A program made the position numbers and the translations under genes. The notes beneath the pieces were generated by a model that was not told the DNA's origin, did no database searches, and was given only the letters and a program-made list of their open reading frames with translations. Positions 1 through 11,031 of a DNA stretch of 64,000 nt are shown here, one piece after another. Source of the DNA: an uncultured Burkholderiales bacterium (GTDB lineage Bacteria; Pseudomonadota; Gammaproteobacteria; Burkholderiales; JALYOK01). The stretch is from the NCBI GenBank assembly GCA_964488915.1, contig CAZAWU010000002.1, forward strand, positions 2,572 through 66,571, read 5' to 3'. Numbering within the stretch: position 1 is the first letter of the stretch; every line of letters starts with the position of its first letter.

Positions 1-120
1 TGAGGGCGTCAAAATCGTTCGCTTCGGCCGAGCGGAGTGTCGGGTGCGAGGATTGGGCGTTCACGATGAGCAAACTCGTTCCAGAGGGATACCCTGGTAA
101 CGGCAGCTTGCCGTGTTACT

Positions 121-1011
121 TTAGGAAACGTTGCCTGAGAATAGGTTGATGATGGCGGAAAAGTCTTTGCCGCCGTCGCCACGTGCATTCATCATTTGGT
201 AAAGCTGCTGCGCCAAGCCTCCCAGCGCTACCGGCTGCTTGGCCGCGCGCGCTGCATCCACCGCGAGGCCCAGGTCCTTTAGCATGAGTTCAGCACCAAA
301 GCCGCCAGTATAGTACCGTGAGGCAGGCGCAGTCTGAATGACGCCCGGATACGGGTTGCAAGTATCCGAACTCCAGCAGCGCCCGCTGGAAGTGTTGATG
401 ATGCCCGCCAGCAGTTTCGGATCAATGCCGAGTTTCGCCCCCAGCATCATCGCTTCCGCCGTGCCGATCATGGAAATGGCCAGCAGCATGTTGTTGCATA
501 TCTTCGCCACCTGACCGTTGCCCGAGGCACCGCAGTGCACAAAGTTCTTGCCCATCGACGCCAGGACCGGTTTTGCCCGCTCGAACGCCCCGGGGTCACC
601 GCCGACCATGAACGTCAACGTTGCGGCTTCCGCGCCGCCGGTGCCACCGGAAACAGGCGCATCGAGCATAGCATTGCCACGCTTCGCCGCGAGCGCGGCG
701 ACCGCGCGCGCCGTGTGCGGATCGATAGTGCTGCAATCGAGCAGTAGGGCGTCGCGCTGCGCAGCAGCCAACACCCCATTCGCTGTGGTATAGGCCTCGC
801 GCACGTGGGGTGAGGACGGCAGCATGGTGATGACGACCTCCGCTACCCGCGCGGCATCCGCTGCGGACGCAGCTGCCGCGGCGCCCGCGGCGCATAGCGC
901 CTCGACCGGCTCAGCCGTGAGATCGTAGACCGTCAGCGCATGGCCTGCTTTGAGTAGGTTGCGCGCCATGGGCTTGCCCATGTTGCCGAGGCCGATGAAG
1001 GCAATTTTCAT
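121..1011 (-). CDS. mmsB: 3-hydroxyisobutyrate dehydrogenase
   Basis: 296-aa ORF. N-terminal Rossmann motif MKIAFIGLGNMGKPMARNL and HIBADH/6-PGDH-type core (GGDPGAFERAKPVL, GNGQVAKICNNM). Lies directly downstream of mmsA on the same strand. Confidence 0.9.
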   Translation of the reverse strand: MKIAFIGLGNMGKPMARNLLKAGHALTVYDLTAEPVEALCAAGAAAAASAADAARVAEVVITMLPSSPHVREAYTTANGVLAAAQRDALLLDCSTIDPHTARAVAALAAKRGNAMLDAPVSGGTGGAEAATLTFMVGGDPGAFERAKPVLASMGKNFVHCGASGNGQVAKICNNMLLAISMIGTAEAMMLGAKLGIDPKLLAGIINTSSGRCWSSDTCNPYPGVIQTAPASRYYTGGFGAELMLKDLGLAVDAARAAKQPVALGGLAQQLYQMMNARGDGGKDFSAIINLFSGNVS

Positions 1012-1058
1012 TGGAAGTGAAAGGGTGAATACGTGAAGGGTATTTCCCTCGCTCGTCG

Positions 1059-2585
1059 CTATTTCAACGCGATCGTCGTGTTGACTTTGCCCGCCGACAC
1101 CGAGTCATCGAACCAGCGCGCGGTGACCGTTTTCACCTGTGTATAGAAATGCACGGCTTGCTTGCCGTAAGGTCCGAGATCGCCGAGCTTCGAGCCGCGC
1201 GAGCCGGTAAAGCTGAAAAACGGCACCGGCACCGGAATCGGCACGTTGATGCCGACTTGGCCGACATCGATCTCGTTTTGAAACTTGCGCGCAGCGGCGC
1301 CGCTTTGCGTGAAGATCGCGGTGCCGTTGCCATACGGGTTGTCGTTGATGACCTTGATTGCTTCGTCGAGCGTGTCAACGCTCACGAGCGAGAGCACCGG
1401 CCCGAAGATTTCGGTTTCGTACACTTTCATGCCGGGTTTGACGCCGGAAAGGATCGTCGGTCCGACGAAATTGCCGCTTTCGCGGCCGGGAACCTTGATG
1501 CCGCGCCCGTCGAGCTCGATCTTCGCGCCTTCTTTTGCGCCGTCGTCGATCAGACCTAAGACGCGATGCTTGGCAGCTTTCGATACCAGCGGGCCCAAGT
1601 CGGCGCCTTTCTCCGTGCCGTCTGCGACCTTGAGGGTCTTGGCCTTCTCAACGAGATCGGGAATCCATTGCTTCGCTTCACCCACCAGCACGCCGACGCT
1701 CACTGCCATGCAACGCTGCCCCGCGGCGCCAAAGGACGCACCGATGAGTGCGTTGAGCGCTTGCTCTTTGTTAGCGTCGGCCAAGACCACTGCGTGATTC
1801 TTGGCGCCCATCATCGACTGCACGCGCTTGCCGTGCTCGCTGGCGAGCCTGTAGACGTGTTCGCCCACATGGCAGGAGCCGACAAACGACACCGCCACGA
1901 TATCCCTGTGCGTGCAAAGCGCGTCGACCGCTTCTTTGCCGCCGTGCACGATGTTGAGCACGCCCGACGGCACGCCCGCTTCAATGGCGAGCTCGGCGAG
2001 CAGCATGGGCGTCATCGGGTCTTGCTCAGAAGGCTTCAGCACGAAAGTATTGCCGCATACGATCGCCATCGGGAACATCCACAGCGGAATCATCGCCGGG
2101 AAATTGAACGGCGTGATGCCCGCGCACACGCCGATCGGCTGGCGGATAGCGTAAGTATCCACGCCGTTGGCGACATTCTCGGCAAACTCCCCCATCTGCA
2201 GGCTGCCGATAGCGCAGGCGTGCTCGATCACTTCTAAGCCGCGGAAGATGTCGCCTTCAGCGTCCGGCAGCGTCTTGCCTTGCTCCGCGGTGAGCGTTTG
2301 GGCAATTCGGCTCATGTTGTCACGGACTAGTTGCTGTAGCTTGAGCATGACGCGCGCGCGTGCCGCAATCGGCGTGTTGCGCCAGGTCTTGTACGCTTCT
2401 TTTGCGGCCGCGATGGCGGCATTGACTTCGGCAGGGGTCGCGAACGGCACGCGCGCCAGCACCTCTTGCGTGGCCGGGTTGATAACGTCCTTCCACTCGT
2501 CGCTGACCGAATCGACGAACTTCCCGTTGATGAGCATCTTGACGGTCGGTGTGGGTTTGGCGACGGCTTGCAAATTGGCTGACAT
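1059..2585 (-). CDS. mmsA: methylmalonate-semialdehyde dehydrogenase (CoA-acylating), ALDH superfamily
   Basis: ALDH fold with [10 protein letters not shown] and catalytic-Cys motif GQRCMAVSV. The track ORF runs to 2759, but its first 58 codons are Arg/Thr-rich and overlap the divergent P450 start. I therefore place the start at ATG 2585 ([13 protein letters not shown]...). Confidence 0.9.
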   Translation of the reverse strand: MSANLQAVAKPTPTVKMLINGKFVDSVSDEWKDVINPATQEVLARVPFATPAEVNAAIAAAKEAYKTWRNTPIAARARVMLKLQQLVRDNMSRIAQTLTAEQGKTLPDAEGDIFRGLEVIEHACAIGSLQMGEFAENVANGVDTYAIRQPIGVCAGITPFNFPAMIPLWMFPMAIVCGNTFVLKPSEQDPMTPMLLAELAIEAGVPSGVLNIVHGGKEAVDALCTHRDIVAVSFVGSCHVGEHVYRLASEHGKRVQSMMGAKNHAVVLADANKEQALNALIGASFGAAGQRCMAVSVGVLVGEAKQWIPDLVEKAKTLKVADGTEKGADLGPLVSKAAKHRVLGLIDDGAKEGAKIELDGRGIKVPGRESGNFVGPTILSGVKPGMKVYETEIFGPVLSLVSVDTLDEAIKVINDNPYGNGTAIFTQSGAAARKFQNEIDVGQVGINVPIPVPVPFFSFTGSRGSKLGDLGPYGKQAVHFYTQVKTVTARWFDDSVSAGKVNTTIALK

Positions 2586-2677
2586 AAAATCCCTGCGCGG
2601 CTGGATAGAATAGGCTGCAATTATATGCGCTGACGGGTTCGTCAGGCGGCGTACACGCAGCGCAGTGCACACCAGCG

Positions 2678-3907
2678 ATGTTTGACCATCATCAAGCGCG
2701 AACCATAGCCGAGTCGTTCGATCTGCAGGCGCTGCCCGCGGAGTTCTACGCCAACCCATACCCGTACTACGCCGCGCTGCGCGAGTACGCGCCGGTCAAG
2801 CATCTGCCGGATGGCAGCTACTTCCTCACGCGCTACGATGACGTGAGCTACGTCTACCGCAACCCAAAGCTATTCAGTTCCGATAAGAAACGCGAGTTCA
2901 AGCCGAAGTTCGGCGATTCGCTGCTTTATGAACATCATACGACCAGTCTGGTGTTCAACGATCCGCCGCTGCATACACGCGTGCGCCGCCTCATCGCGGG
3001 TGCATTGACGCCGCAAGCGATCGCGGCGATGCAGCCCGGATTGGTCGTGCTGGTCGACCGGCTGCTCGACGCCATGGGGCGTAAGGACAAGGGGGATTTG
3101 ATCGAGGATTTCGCTTCCGCAATTCCGGTCGAGATCATCGGCAATTTGCTAGCGGTACCGCACGAAGATCGAGGGCCGCTGCGCGGTTGGTCGCTGGCGA
3201 TCTTGAGCGCACTCGAACCGGTCATCAGTGCTGAAGCGGCGCAGCGGGGCAACCGCGCGGTGGCGGAATTCATCGAATACTTGACGGGATTGATCGCAAG
3301 CCGCCGCGCCCAGCCCGGCGACCCAAAGCGCGACGTACTCACACGTTTGATTCAAGGCGAGGAGAATGGCGAACGTCTTTCCGAGCGCGAGCTGTTGCAC
3401 AACTGCATTTTCTTGTTGAATGCAGGCCATGAGACCACCACCAACCTGATCGGCAACGGCCTTGTTGCGTTGCTGCACGCGCCCGAGCAGAAACAGCGGC
3501 TGATCCAGCAACCGGAGTTAATTTCCAGTGCGGTCGAGGAGTTCCTGCGCTTCGAAAGCTCCAATCAGCTCGGCAACCGGATCGCAACGCAAGCAGTGGA
3601 AGTCGGCGGCGTGGCCATGCCCGCCGAGACGCGCATCAACTTGTGCATTGGCGCCGCGAATCGCGATCCTCAGCACTTTGCCGACGCCGAGCGGCTCGAT
3701 ATTTCGCGCTGGCCGAATCGACACTTGGCGTTCGGCGGGGGCGTGCATCAGTGTATCGGCATGGGCCTCGCGCGCCTGGAGGCGGGCGTGGCCATCGGCC
3801 GGTTCCTCGCGCGTTTTCCGCACTTTGACCTTGTCGGCGAACCAGTGCGTGGGGGGCGAGCGCGATTTCGCGGATTCACTAGCGTACCTTGCAACCTGCA
3901 ACGCTAA
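2678..3907 (+). CDS. cytochrome P450
   Basis: 409 aa. I-helix motif NAGHETTTN, ExxR region, and heme-thiolate loop [14 protein letters not shown] near the C-terminus. Confidence 0.9.
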   Translation: MFDHHQARTIAESFDLQALPAEFYANPYPYYAALREYAPVKHLPDGSYFLTRYDDVSYVYRNPKLFSSDKKREFKPKFGDSLLYEHHTTSLVFNDPPLHTRVRRLIAGALTPQAIAAMQPGLVVLVDRLLDAMGRKDKGDLIEDFASAIPVEIIGNLLAVPHEDRGPLRGWSLAILSALEPVISAEAAQRGNRAVAEFIEYLTGLIASRRAQPGDPKRDVLTRLIQGEENGERLSERELLHNCIFLLNAGHETTTNLIGNGLVALLHAPEQKQRLIQQPELISSAVEEFLRFESSNQLGNRIATQAVEVGGVAMPAETRINLCIGAANRDPQHFADAERLDISRWPNRHLAFGGGVHQCIGMGLARLEAGVAIGRFLARFPHFDLVGEPVRGGRARFRGFTSVPCNLQR

Positions 3908-4105
3908 CCGCCATTCCACGCAAACGCTTGGCGAGTTCGCAGAAAAAAACCAAGTAAACGACGCAAACGGTGCTAGATTTCACCCGGAGATGCGCAGCGA
4001 TCTCAATGGTCTTTGTGGCCTATCGTTCCGGAGAGAGCAGAAAAAGGGTACAATTCCACGGCTTCGGAGCACCTCCGTAGCGAAATCTCCAAGCAAATCA
4101 ACAAC

Positions 4106-4181
4106 TCCCCGATAGCTCAGTCGGTAGAGCGACGGACTGTTAATCCGCAGGTCCCTGGTTCGAGCCCAGGTCGGGGAGCCA
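4106..4181 (+). tRNA. tRNA-Asn (anticodon GTT)
   Basis: 76 nt. Acceptor stem TCCCCGA/TCGGGGA, D-arm GCTCAGTCGGTAGAGC, anticodon loop CTGTTAA, T-arm CCTGGTTCGAGCCCAGG, encoded CCA. Coordinates calibrated against the stop of track ORF 3528..4115. Confidence 0.95.
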
Positions 4182-4326
4182 AATAAAACAGATAGGCGCG
4201 CATGATGTCGATGAACTCGCGCGTTTTGTTCTTTGTTCTCTTGACTGTACTTCTCTAGGCTAAGCCCTTCCGAGTGGCGCGTTGTTGGGGCAAGATGGCG
4301 GCCCGAACAACTTCAACGCTCTTCTC

Positions 4327-5388
4327 GTGAGCGATACACTCGTCGAAGTCCGAAACGGCATCGGCTTTCTCACGCTCAATCGTCCGGCGGCGCTGAACGC
4401 GCTGACCTTCGACATGCTCAAAGCCGTGCGCGCGCAACTGGAAGCTTGGGAGCGCGACCGCGGCGTGGCCGCGGTGGTGCTGCGCGGCGCTGGAGAAAAA
4501 GCCTTCTGTGCCGGCGGCGACGTGCGCGCGGTACGCGAACGCTTCCTCAGCGGCAGCAACGAGCACGAAGGCTTCTTCGCGTTCGAGTACGCGCTGGATC
4601 ACTATATTCACCACTACCCGAAACCGGTGATCGCGCTAATGCGCGGCATCATCATGGGCGGCGGGATGGGGCTCGCGCAGGGCGCCAAGCTGCGCATCGC
4701 CACCGACACCACACGCATGGCCATGCCCGAGACGCACATCGGCCTTTTCCCCGACGTTGGCGGCAGTTACTTCCTCTCGCGCCTACCGGGCGAACTCGGC
4801 GCCTACCTAGGGCTGACCGGCCACCACGTACGCACGGCCGATGTCATGTACTGCGGGCTTGCCGATATTTACTTAGCCGGCGACTACACATCTGTGCTGG
4901 AAGCCGCAATGCGCGCGTCGCCGCAAGCCTTGCTCGATATACTCAGAGCGCAAGCCGCACCACCCCCCACCCCTGCACCCCTCGCGGCAGTGCGCGCCGC
5001 CTTAGATCATCACTTCGCGCTCGCGACAGTGCCGCAGATCCTCGCTTCGCTTGAAAGCGAGCAGCGCGACGGCTACCGCGAATGGGCGCAGACCACGCTA
5101 GAGACCCTGAACAAGCGCTCGCCGCTCATGCTTTGCGTCACGCTGGAACAGTTGCGCCGCGGCAAGCGCCTATCGCTCGCGGACTGCTTCCGTATGGAAC
5201 TGAATATGATCTATCGCTGCTTCGAGGCCGGCGATTTCCTGGAAGGCGTGCGCGCGTTGTTAGTAGACAAAGACAACGCGCCGCGCTGGCGCCACGCACG
5301 CGTTGAGGAGGTGCAAGCAAGCGAACTCGAAGCCTTCTTCGCACCACGCTGGGATCCATCCTCCCACCCCCTTCGCGCGTTAAATTAG
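4327..5388 (+). CDS. 3-hydroxyisobutyryl-CoA hydrolase-type enoyl-CoA hydratase/isomerase family protein
   Basis: Crotonase-fold N-terminus (GFLTLNRPAALNAL, FCAGGDVRAV) with the long C-terminal extension typical of HIBCH. Context is valine catabolism. The start is uncertain: GTG 4327 (MSDTLVEV...) is preferred over TTG 4282. Confidence 0.8.
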   Translation: MSDTLVEVRNGIGFLTLNRPAALNALTFDMLKAVRAQLEAWERDRGVAAVVLRGAGEKAFCAGGDVRAVRERFLSGSNEHEGFFAFEYALDHYIHHYPKPVIALMRGIIMGGGMGLAQGAKLRIATDTTRMAMPETHIGLFPDVGGSYFLSRLPGELGAYLGLTGHHVRTADVMYCGLADIYLAGDYTSVLEAAMRASPQALLDILRAQAAPPPTPAPLAAVRAALDHHFALATVPQILASLESEQRDGYREWAQTTLETLNKRSPLMLCVTLEQLRRGKRLSLADCFRMELNMIYRCFEAGDFLEGVRALLVDKDNAPRWRHARVEEVQASELEAFFAPRWDPSSHPLRALN

Positions 5389-5439
5389 ATAGGCCTGGAC
5401 TACCAGACCTATCCAGGTGCTAGTATTCGAGTTTTGCGA

Positions 5440-6456
5440 TCAAACGGCAAGCCACTGTTTGTACCAGCCGACCGCATTGCCTGAAGACAATGAAAAACCG
5501 TTCACATACGCATCGAAGTGCCCGCCCGGCAGAATGACGAGCTTTTTCGGCTCGCGCGCGCTCTCGAATGCATTGATCGCAACATCGGTCGGCGTGAGGA
5601 TGTCGTTCTCCGCCACCATCATGAGAAACGGCGTCGGCGCGATGCGTGCGATGTAAGTCGCGGGACTGTATTCGATGAACTTCTCGATCGATTCCACCGT
5701 CACTTTATTCTCCCAGCGTGGCGCTTTTTTCTTGTGCGTCTCGGTGAACCACTTGTAGGAATCGCTTGTGTTGAGCACGGCGTTGTTGTCCTCCGCGACC
5801 ACGGGCAAATAGCTCACCTTGCCCGACTTGTAGCGCTCAACGCGGTCCGCCTCGAGGAACTTGATCATGCCCGCCCCCGCGGCGCGCGGCACGATCGCTT
5901 GGAAGTTGGTCCAGCCGTCCACCAGCGGCACTTGGCAAGCCACCGCTTTGATGCGCCGATCGAGCGCGCCAAGGCAGATCACATGGCCGCCGCTGTAGGA
6001 AGAACCGAACACGCCGATCTTCTCCGCGTTCACTTCGGGCTGCGCTTGCGCGAAGGTGATCGCATTGCGGAAATCTTCGATCTGCTCCCACGGAAAGATC
6101 TGACTGCGCGGTTCGCCTTCGCTCTCGCCAAGGTAGCGGTAGTCAAACGTGATAGCGACAAAACCCGCCTGGGCGAAAGCTTGCGCGTAGTCGGTGAAAT
6201 ACATTTCTTTGACAGCACTGAAGCCGTGCGCAAGCACGATGCACGGACGCTTATCGCCGCTCTTCAAATCGGCCGGCAAATACTTGAGGCCTCTGCACTT
6301 GAGCCCCTTACTCACGAACTCGATCGGTTGCCCGCCTTCGGCCGCTTGTGCCGCGCCGACAACACCTGCCGCGCTCGCGAGAATCGCACCCGCGCCGATT
6401 GTCTTGACGAAATCGCGGCGCGAAAAGCCTGCTTCTTCCTGCTGCTTCGTCCCCAT
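5440..6456 (-). CDS. Tat-signal alpha/beta hydrolase (dienelactone hydrolase / esterase-like)
   Basis: Twin-arginine leader SRRDFVKTIGAGAILASAAGVVGAAQA and nucleophile elbow GSSYSGG. 338 aa. Confidence 0.7.
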   Translation of the reverse strand: MGTKQQEEAGFSRRDFVKTIGAGAILASAAGVVGAAQAAEGGQPIEFVSKGLKCRGLKYLPADLKSGDKRPCIVLAHGFSAVKEMYFTDYAQAFAQAGFVAITFDYRYLGESEGEPRSQIFPWEQIEDFRNAITFAQAQPEVNAEKIGVFGSSYSGGHVICLGALDRRIKAVACQVPLVDGWTNFQAIVPRAAGAGMIKFLEADRVERYKSGKVSYLPVVAEDNNAVLNTSDSYKWFTETHKKKAPRWENKVTVESIEKFIEYSPATYIARIAPTPFLMMVAENDILTPTDVAINAFESAREPKKLVILPGGHFDAYVNGFSLSSGNAVGWYKQWLAV

Positions 6457-6484
6457 CCCTCTCCTCCTCTCAGTTGACCGACGT

Positions 6485-9400
6485 TTACCCTTCTACTACG
6501 ACCTCCTCGTCGCCTTCGCGTTTTGGCGGCGTCACCGCAACGTGGCTCGGCTTACGCTCCATTTTCTTGGCTAGCGTGCGCAGCAGAACGTAGAACACCG
6601 GTGTCAGCAGCAAACCGAAGAACGTCACACCGAGCATACCGGCGAACACCGCAACACCCATTGCCTGGCGCATCTCCGCACCGGCGCCCGAGGAAAGCAC
6701 CAGCGGCACCACGCCCATGACGAATGCGAACGAAGTCATCAATATCGGCCGCAGCCGCATGCGGCACGCGTGAATCGCCGCATTGACCGTGCTTTCACCG
6801 CGGTGCTCCAACTCTCGCGCAAATTCAACGATCAGGATCGCGTTCTTGCACGCCAAGCCGACCAGCACGATGAAGGCAATCTGCGTAAATATGTTGTTGT
6901 CGCCACCCATGCCGAACTTGCCGAACGCCCACACACCAAACATCGCCGATAGCAGTGCCATCGGCACGATCAGCACAACCGCTAGCGGCAACGTCCAACT
7001 TTCGTAGAGCGCAGCGAGTACCAGGAAAGCCAGCAGCACGCATAGAGGAAACACGAATACGGCCGTATTGCCAGCGAGGATTTGTTGGTAGGCCAACTCG
7101 GTCCACTCGAACTCGACACCGTTCGGCAGAGTCTCTGTCGCGAGTTTCTCCATCAACGCTTGGCCTTGGCCGCTGCTGAATCCGGGCAGAGGGCTTGCGT
7201 TGATGTCAGCGGCGAGGTAGGCGTTGTAGCGCATAGCGCGATCGGGCCCGTAACTCGGCGTAACCTGCAGCACTGAGCCGAGTGGCACCATCTCACCGCG
7301 CGCGTTGCGTGTTTTCAACTGCATGATGTCTTCGGCGTGCGAACGAAACGGCGCGTCGGCTTGCGCGATGACTTGGTACGTGCGGCCGAAGCGGTTGAAA
7401 TCATTGACGTAGAGCGAACCCAAATAAATCTGCATGGTTTCGAACACATCGGTAATCGCCACGCCAAGCTGCTTGGCTTTGACCCGATCGACCTCGGCGC
7501 GCAACTGTGGAACGTTGATCTGAAAGCTGGAGAAGGTCGCGTACGGATTGATCACGCCCGAGCCGCGCGCCTTGTTGAGCAGATCCTGCGTTGCCTTATA
7601 AAGCTCCTCGTAGCCGACGTCGCCGCGATCCTCCAGCATCATCTTGAAGCCACCGCTCGTGCCCAGCCCGAGAATCGGCGGCGGCTGTAGCACGAACACG
7701 AAGCCGTCCTCGATCACGCTGAGCTTCTGGTTGAGCGCACCGGCGATCTCGACGCCAGTCATGCCGGGGCCTCTGCGCTCGGAAAAATTCTTCAACGTGA
7801 AGAACACGATGCCCGCATTCGGTGCGTTGGAAAATCCCGCAATCGAAAGTCCCGGGAACGCCACCGAATGGCTCACACCGGGATGCTCCAGCGCCATGCT
7901 CGACATGCGCCGAATGACGGCTTCGGTGCGGTCGAGCGAGGAAGCATCCGGCAACTGCGCGATGCCAATGAGATAGTTCTTGTCCTGCTCCGGCACATAG
8001 CCGCTCGGCACCAAGCGGAACAAGAAAACCGTCGCACCGATAAGCAGCAGGTAGACCAGCATAGCGGCGGACTTGACCTTCAGCACGCGGCCCACACCAC
8101 CTGCATAGGCGTGCGACGACCACTTGAACAGCCGATTGAACGGCCGGAACACCCAGCCGAACAGCGTATCGAGTACGCGCGTCAGCGCGTCCGGTTTCGC
8201 GCCATGCGGCGGCAATAACAGGCGGCATAGCGCTGGACTGAGCGTCAGCGAGTTGAACGCCGAGATCACGGTCGAGATCGCAATCGTCAGCGCGAACTGG
8301 CGGTAGAACTGCCCGGTCAAGCCGCTGATGAACGCGATCGGGATGAACACCGCGCACAGCACCAGGCTGATGGCGATGATCGGGCCGCTCACTTCCTGCA
8401 TCGCCTTGTAAGTCGCGTCGCGCGGACTCAAGCCCTCCTCGATGTTACGCTCGACGTTTTCCACCACCACGATGGCGTCATCGACCACGATGCCGATGGC
8501 AAGCACTAGCCCGAACAGTGTGAGTGCGTTGATGGAAAACCCAAATCCCAGCATCAGTGCGAAGGTGCCGACAATCGACACCGGCACGGCGAGCAACGGA
8601 ATGATCGAAGCGCGCCATGTCTGCAAGAACAAGATGACCACCAGCACCACCAAGCTGATCGCCTCCAGCAGTGTGATCACCACTGCCTTGATGGAATCGC
8701 GCACGAACACGGTCGGATCGTAGACGATATCGTAGTCGATGCCTTGCGGGAACGACTTCTTGATCTCCACCATCGCGGCGCGTACATCGTCGGAGATCTG
8801 GATGGCGTTCGAGCCTGGCGCTTGCCAGACCACCACCGCAACAGCAGGTTTGTTGTTGAGCAGACTGCGCAGCGCGTATTGCGAAGCGCCCAATTCCGTA
8901 CGCGCCACATCGCGCAGGCGGGTCACGGCGCCATCATCGGTCGCCTTGACGATGATGTCGCCGAACTGCTCTTCCGTCACCAGCCGCCCGCCCGCATTGA
9001 CGGTCAGCTGATAGTCGGCATCCTTCGCCGCCGGCGGCGCACCGATAGTGCCCGCGGCCACTTGCACGTTCTGCTCGCGCACCGCGCGCACGACATCCGT
9101 TGCCGTCATGTCGCGCGCCGCGATCTTTTGCGGATCGAGCCACAAGCGCATGGAATAGTCGCCCGCGCCAAATATCTCCACCTGCCCGGTGCCGCGAATA
9201 CGTTTGAGCCGGTCCTTGACGTTTAGCACCGCGTAGTTGCGCAAATAGACTTCGTCGTAGCGCGCATCCGGCGAAAGCAAGTGCACGACCAGGGTGAGAT
9301 CAGGCGAACTCTTTACCACCGTCACGCCTAAGCGGCGTACGTCTTCCGGCAAGCGGGGCTCGGCCTGGCTGACGCGGTTCTGCACCAACACCTGCGCCTT

Positions 9401-9709
9401 ATCGACATCGGTACCAAGCTTGAACGTGACCGTCAGTTGCATCACGCCGTCCCCGGTCGAACCCGATTCCATGTACAACATATCCTCGACGCCGTTGATC
9501 GCCTCTTCCAACGGCGCGGCGACGGTCTCGGCAATTACTTTCGGCGTTGCGCCCGGGTAAACAGCGCGCACCACCACTGAGGGCGGTACGACCTCCGGGT
9601 ATTCGCTGATCGGCAGGCGCATGAGCGCCAGCGCGCCAGCGACAAAGATGACGATCGACAGCACCGCCGCGAAGATCGGCCGGTCGATAAAAAAACGCGA
9701 GATGTTCAT
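6485..9709 (-). CDS. RND multidrug efflux permease (AcrB/MexB family)
   Basis: About 1074 aa from ATG 9709 (MNISRFFIDRPIFAAVLSIVIFVAG, the canonical RND N-terminus). 12-TM architecture with two large periplasmic loops. The 19 codons upstream in the track ORF overlap the adaptor gene stop. Confidence 0.93.
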   Translation of the reverse strand: MNISRFFIDRPIFAAVLSIVIFVAGALALMRLPISEYPEVVPPSVVVRAVYPGATPKVIAETVAAPLEEAINGVEDMLYMESGSTGDGVMQLTVTFKLGTDVDKAQVLVQNRVSQAEPRLPEDVRRLGVTVVKSSPDLTLVVHLLSPDARYDEVYLRNYAVLNVKDRLKRIRGTGQVEIFGAGDYSMRLWLDPQKIAARDMTATDVVRAVREQNVQVAAGTIGAPPAAKDADYQLTVNAGGRLVTEEQFGDIIVKATDDGAVTRLRDVARTELGASQYALRSLLNNKPAVAVVVWQAPGSNAIQISDDVRAAMVEIKKSFPQGIDYDIVYDPTVFVRDSIKAVVITLLEAISLVVLVVILFLQTWRASIIPLLAVPVSIVGTFALMLGFGFSINALTLFGLVLAIGIVVDDAIVVVENVERNIEEGLSPRDATYKAMQEVSGPIIAISLVLCAVFIPIAFISGLTGQFYRQFALTIAISTVISAFNSLTLSPALCRLLLPPHGAKPDALTRVLDTLFGWVFRPFNRLFKWSSHAYAGGVGRVLKVKSAAMLVYLLLIGATVFLFRLVPSGYVPEQDKNYLIGIAQLPDASSLDRTEAVIRRMSSMALEHPGVSHSVAFPGLSIAGFSNAPNAGIVFFTLKNFSERRGPGMTGVEIAGALNQKLSVIEDGFVFVLQPPPILGLGTSGGFKMMLEDRGDVGYEELYKATQDLLNKARGSGVINPYATFSSFQINVPQLRAEVDRVKAKQLGVAITDVFETMQIYLGSLYVNDFNRFGRTYQVIAQADAPFRSHAEDIMQLKTRNARGEMVPLGSVLQVTPSYGPDRAMRYNAYLAADINASPLPGFSSGQGQALMEKLATETLPNGVEFEWTELAYQQILAGNTAVFVFPLCVLLAFLVLAALYESWTLPLAVVLIVPMALLSAMFGVWAFGKFGMGGDNNIFTQIAFIVLVGLACKNAILIVEFARELEHRGESTVNAAIHACRMRLRPILMTSFAFVMGVVPLVLSSGAGAEMRQAMGVAVFAGMLGVTFFGLLLTPVFYVLLRTLAKKMERKPSHVAVTPPKREGDEEVVVEG

Positions 9710-9713
9710 GCGC

Positions 9714-10946
9714 TTATTTTTTCGATTCGCCCACAGGCGCCGCTGCTGCCGCCTTAGCGGACTCACCCTCCATCGGCACTTTCTGCGGACTGATTGGCAT
9801 ACCGGGCCGCACGCGCGCCATGACGTTCGCCATGACGATCAGTTCGCCCGGCTTGAGTCCCTCTCTGACCACGCGCAGCCCGTCCACCATCGGCCCGAGT
9901 TTTACAGGCCGGTACTCGACTGTGTTGTTCTGGCCGACCGCCAGGACAAACTTCTGGCTTTGATCGGTGCCGACGGTGCGGTCGTTGACGAGCAGCGCCT
10001 TGTACGTGCCGCTGCCGACCAGTTTCAAGCGCGCAAACAAACCGGGCGTGAACAGGCGCTCTTTGTTGCTGAACACGGCGCGCGCACGAATGGTGCCGGT
10101 CTTTGGGTCTAGCTGATTGTCGACAAAATCCATTTGCCCTTCATGCGGGAAGCCCTGCTCGTTCGCCAACCCCATGAAAATCGGATTGCGGACCTCACGC
10201 GCGCTGGCCCGCTCGCCCGCGCGGGCCAGCGCGACATACTTTAAATAGATCTGCTCGTCCCCCTCAAAGTAAGCGTAGATCGGATCGAGCGAAACAATGT
10301 TAGTCAGCAGCGTACCGTCCGGCGGTCCGGAGTTCACCAAATTACCGACCGTCACTTCCGCCTTACTGACGCGCCCGGAGATTGGCGCGCGCACCACGCT
10401 GAACTCCACGTTCAGGCGCATCTGCTCGACCGCCGCTTGCGCCGCGCGGATCTGCGCTTGCGCTTCGCGCTGCTCGCTCTGGCGCTCCTGCAAATTGTCT
10501 TTTGAGACGAACTTGTCGCGCATCAACTCTTCTGCGCGCTTCAAGCGCAGTCCCGTCAGTTCGGCGCGGCTGCGCGCGCTGGCAAGCTCGGCTTGCGCAC
10601 GCTTCAAATCCGCTTCATACGGGCGCGGATCGATCACGAACAGAATATCGCCTTTGTTGACCTCCGCTCCTTCGCGGAAGTTGATGCTCTTGATGTAGCC
10701 GGAGACGCGCGGGCGCACCGCAACTTGCTGCGCCGCTTCAAGCCGGCCGGTAAACTCGTCGTACTCTTTGACGTCGCGCTCGATTACCGCGGCCACACTG
10801 ACAGGCGGCGGCGGAGGCGCAGCGGCAGCAGGCGCAACGTTCGCCGCGGAGGCTTGCTCTTGCGCCGGTTTGCAACCTACGACACTGAAGAGGCCGAGTG
10901 AGAGCGCGGTGCTGGTTAGTGTGAGAACGATTTGTGAACGATTCAT
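9714..10946 (-). CDS. RND efflux periplasmic adaptor (membrane fusion protein, AcrA/MexA family)
   Basis: 410 aa. Lipoprotein signal LSLGLFSVVGC, coiled-coil hairpin region, beta-barrel C-terminus. The stop is 4 nt before the RND permease start. Confidence 0.9.
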   Translation of the reverse strand: MNRSQIVLTLTSTALSLGLFSVVGCKPAQEQASAANVAPAAAAPPPPPVSVAAVIERDVKEYDEFTGRLEAAQQVAVRPRVSGYIKSINFREGAEVNKGDILFVIDPRPYEADLKRAQAELASARSRAELTGLRLKRAEELMRDKFVSKDNLQERQSEQREAQAQIRAAQAAVEQMRLNVEFSVVRAPISGRVSKAEVTVGNLVNSGPPDGTLLTNIVSLDPIYAYFEGDEQIYLKYVALARAGERASAREVRNPIFMGLANEQGFPHEGQMDFVDNQLDPKTGTIRARAVFSNKERLFTPGLFARLKLVGSGTYKALLVNDRTVGTDQSQKFVLAVGQNNTVEYRPVKLGPMVDGLRVVREGLKPGELIVMANVMARVRPGMPISPQKVPMEGESAKAAAAAPVGESKK

Positions 10947-11031
10947 TTCGACGGTATTGGAGAGGCTTGCACCTGGGCAATACTACAGCATCACGCCCAG
11001 CGGCTCCGCCAAATCGAGCCGCAGCATTGCT

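Noticed and set aside
97-119. The hairpin GTAACGGCAGCTTGCCGTGTTAC just downstream of mmsB, considered as a terminator.
   Set aside because: The stem is imperfect and no U-tract follows on the minus strand. This is too weak to call.
2586-2759. N-terminal extensions suggested by the ORF track. Examples are mmsA to 2759, the RND pump to 9766, etfB to 18553, scoA from 32449, MoxR from 43104, DUF58 from 44150 and HK from 48704.
   Set aside because: The extensions are Arg-rich and overlap upstream genes or the REP element. They also precede an internal start that gives the canonical family N-terminus or a clean signal peptide.
4106-4181. Genomic islands integrated at tRNA-Asn (4106-4181) or tRNA-Gly (34202-34277).
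   Set aside because: No integrase, transposase or phage-like ORF is in the track near either tRNA. I saw no duplicated tRNA 3-prime segment. The flanking genes are ordinary metabolic genes.
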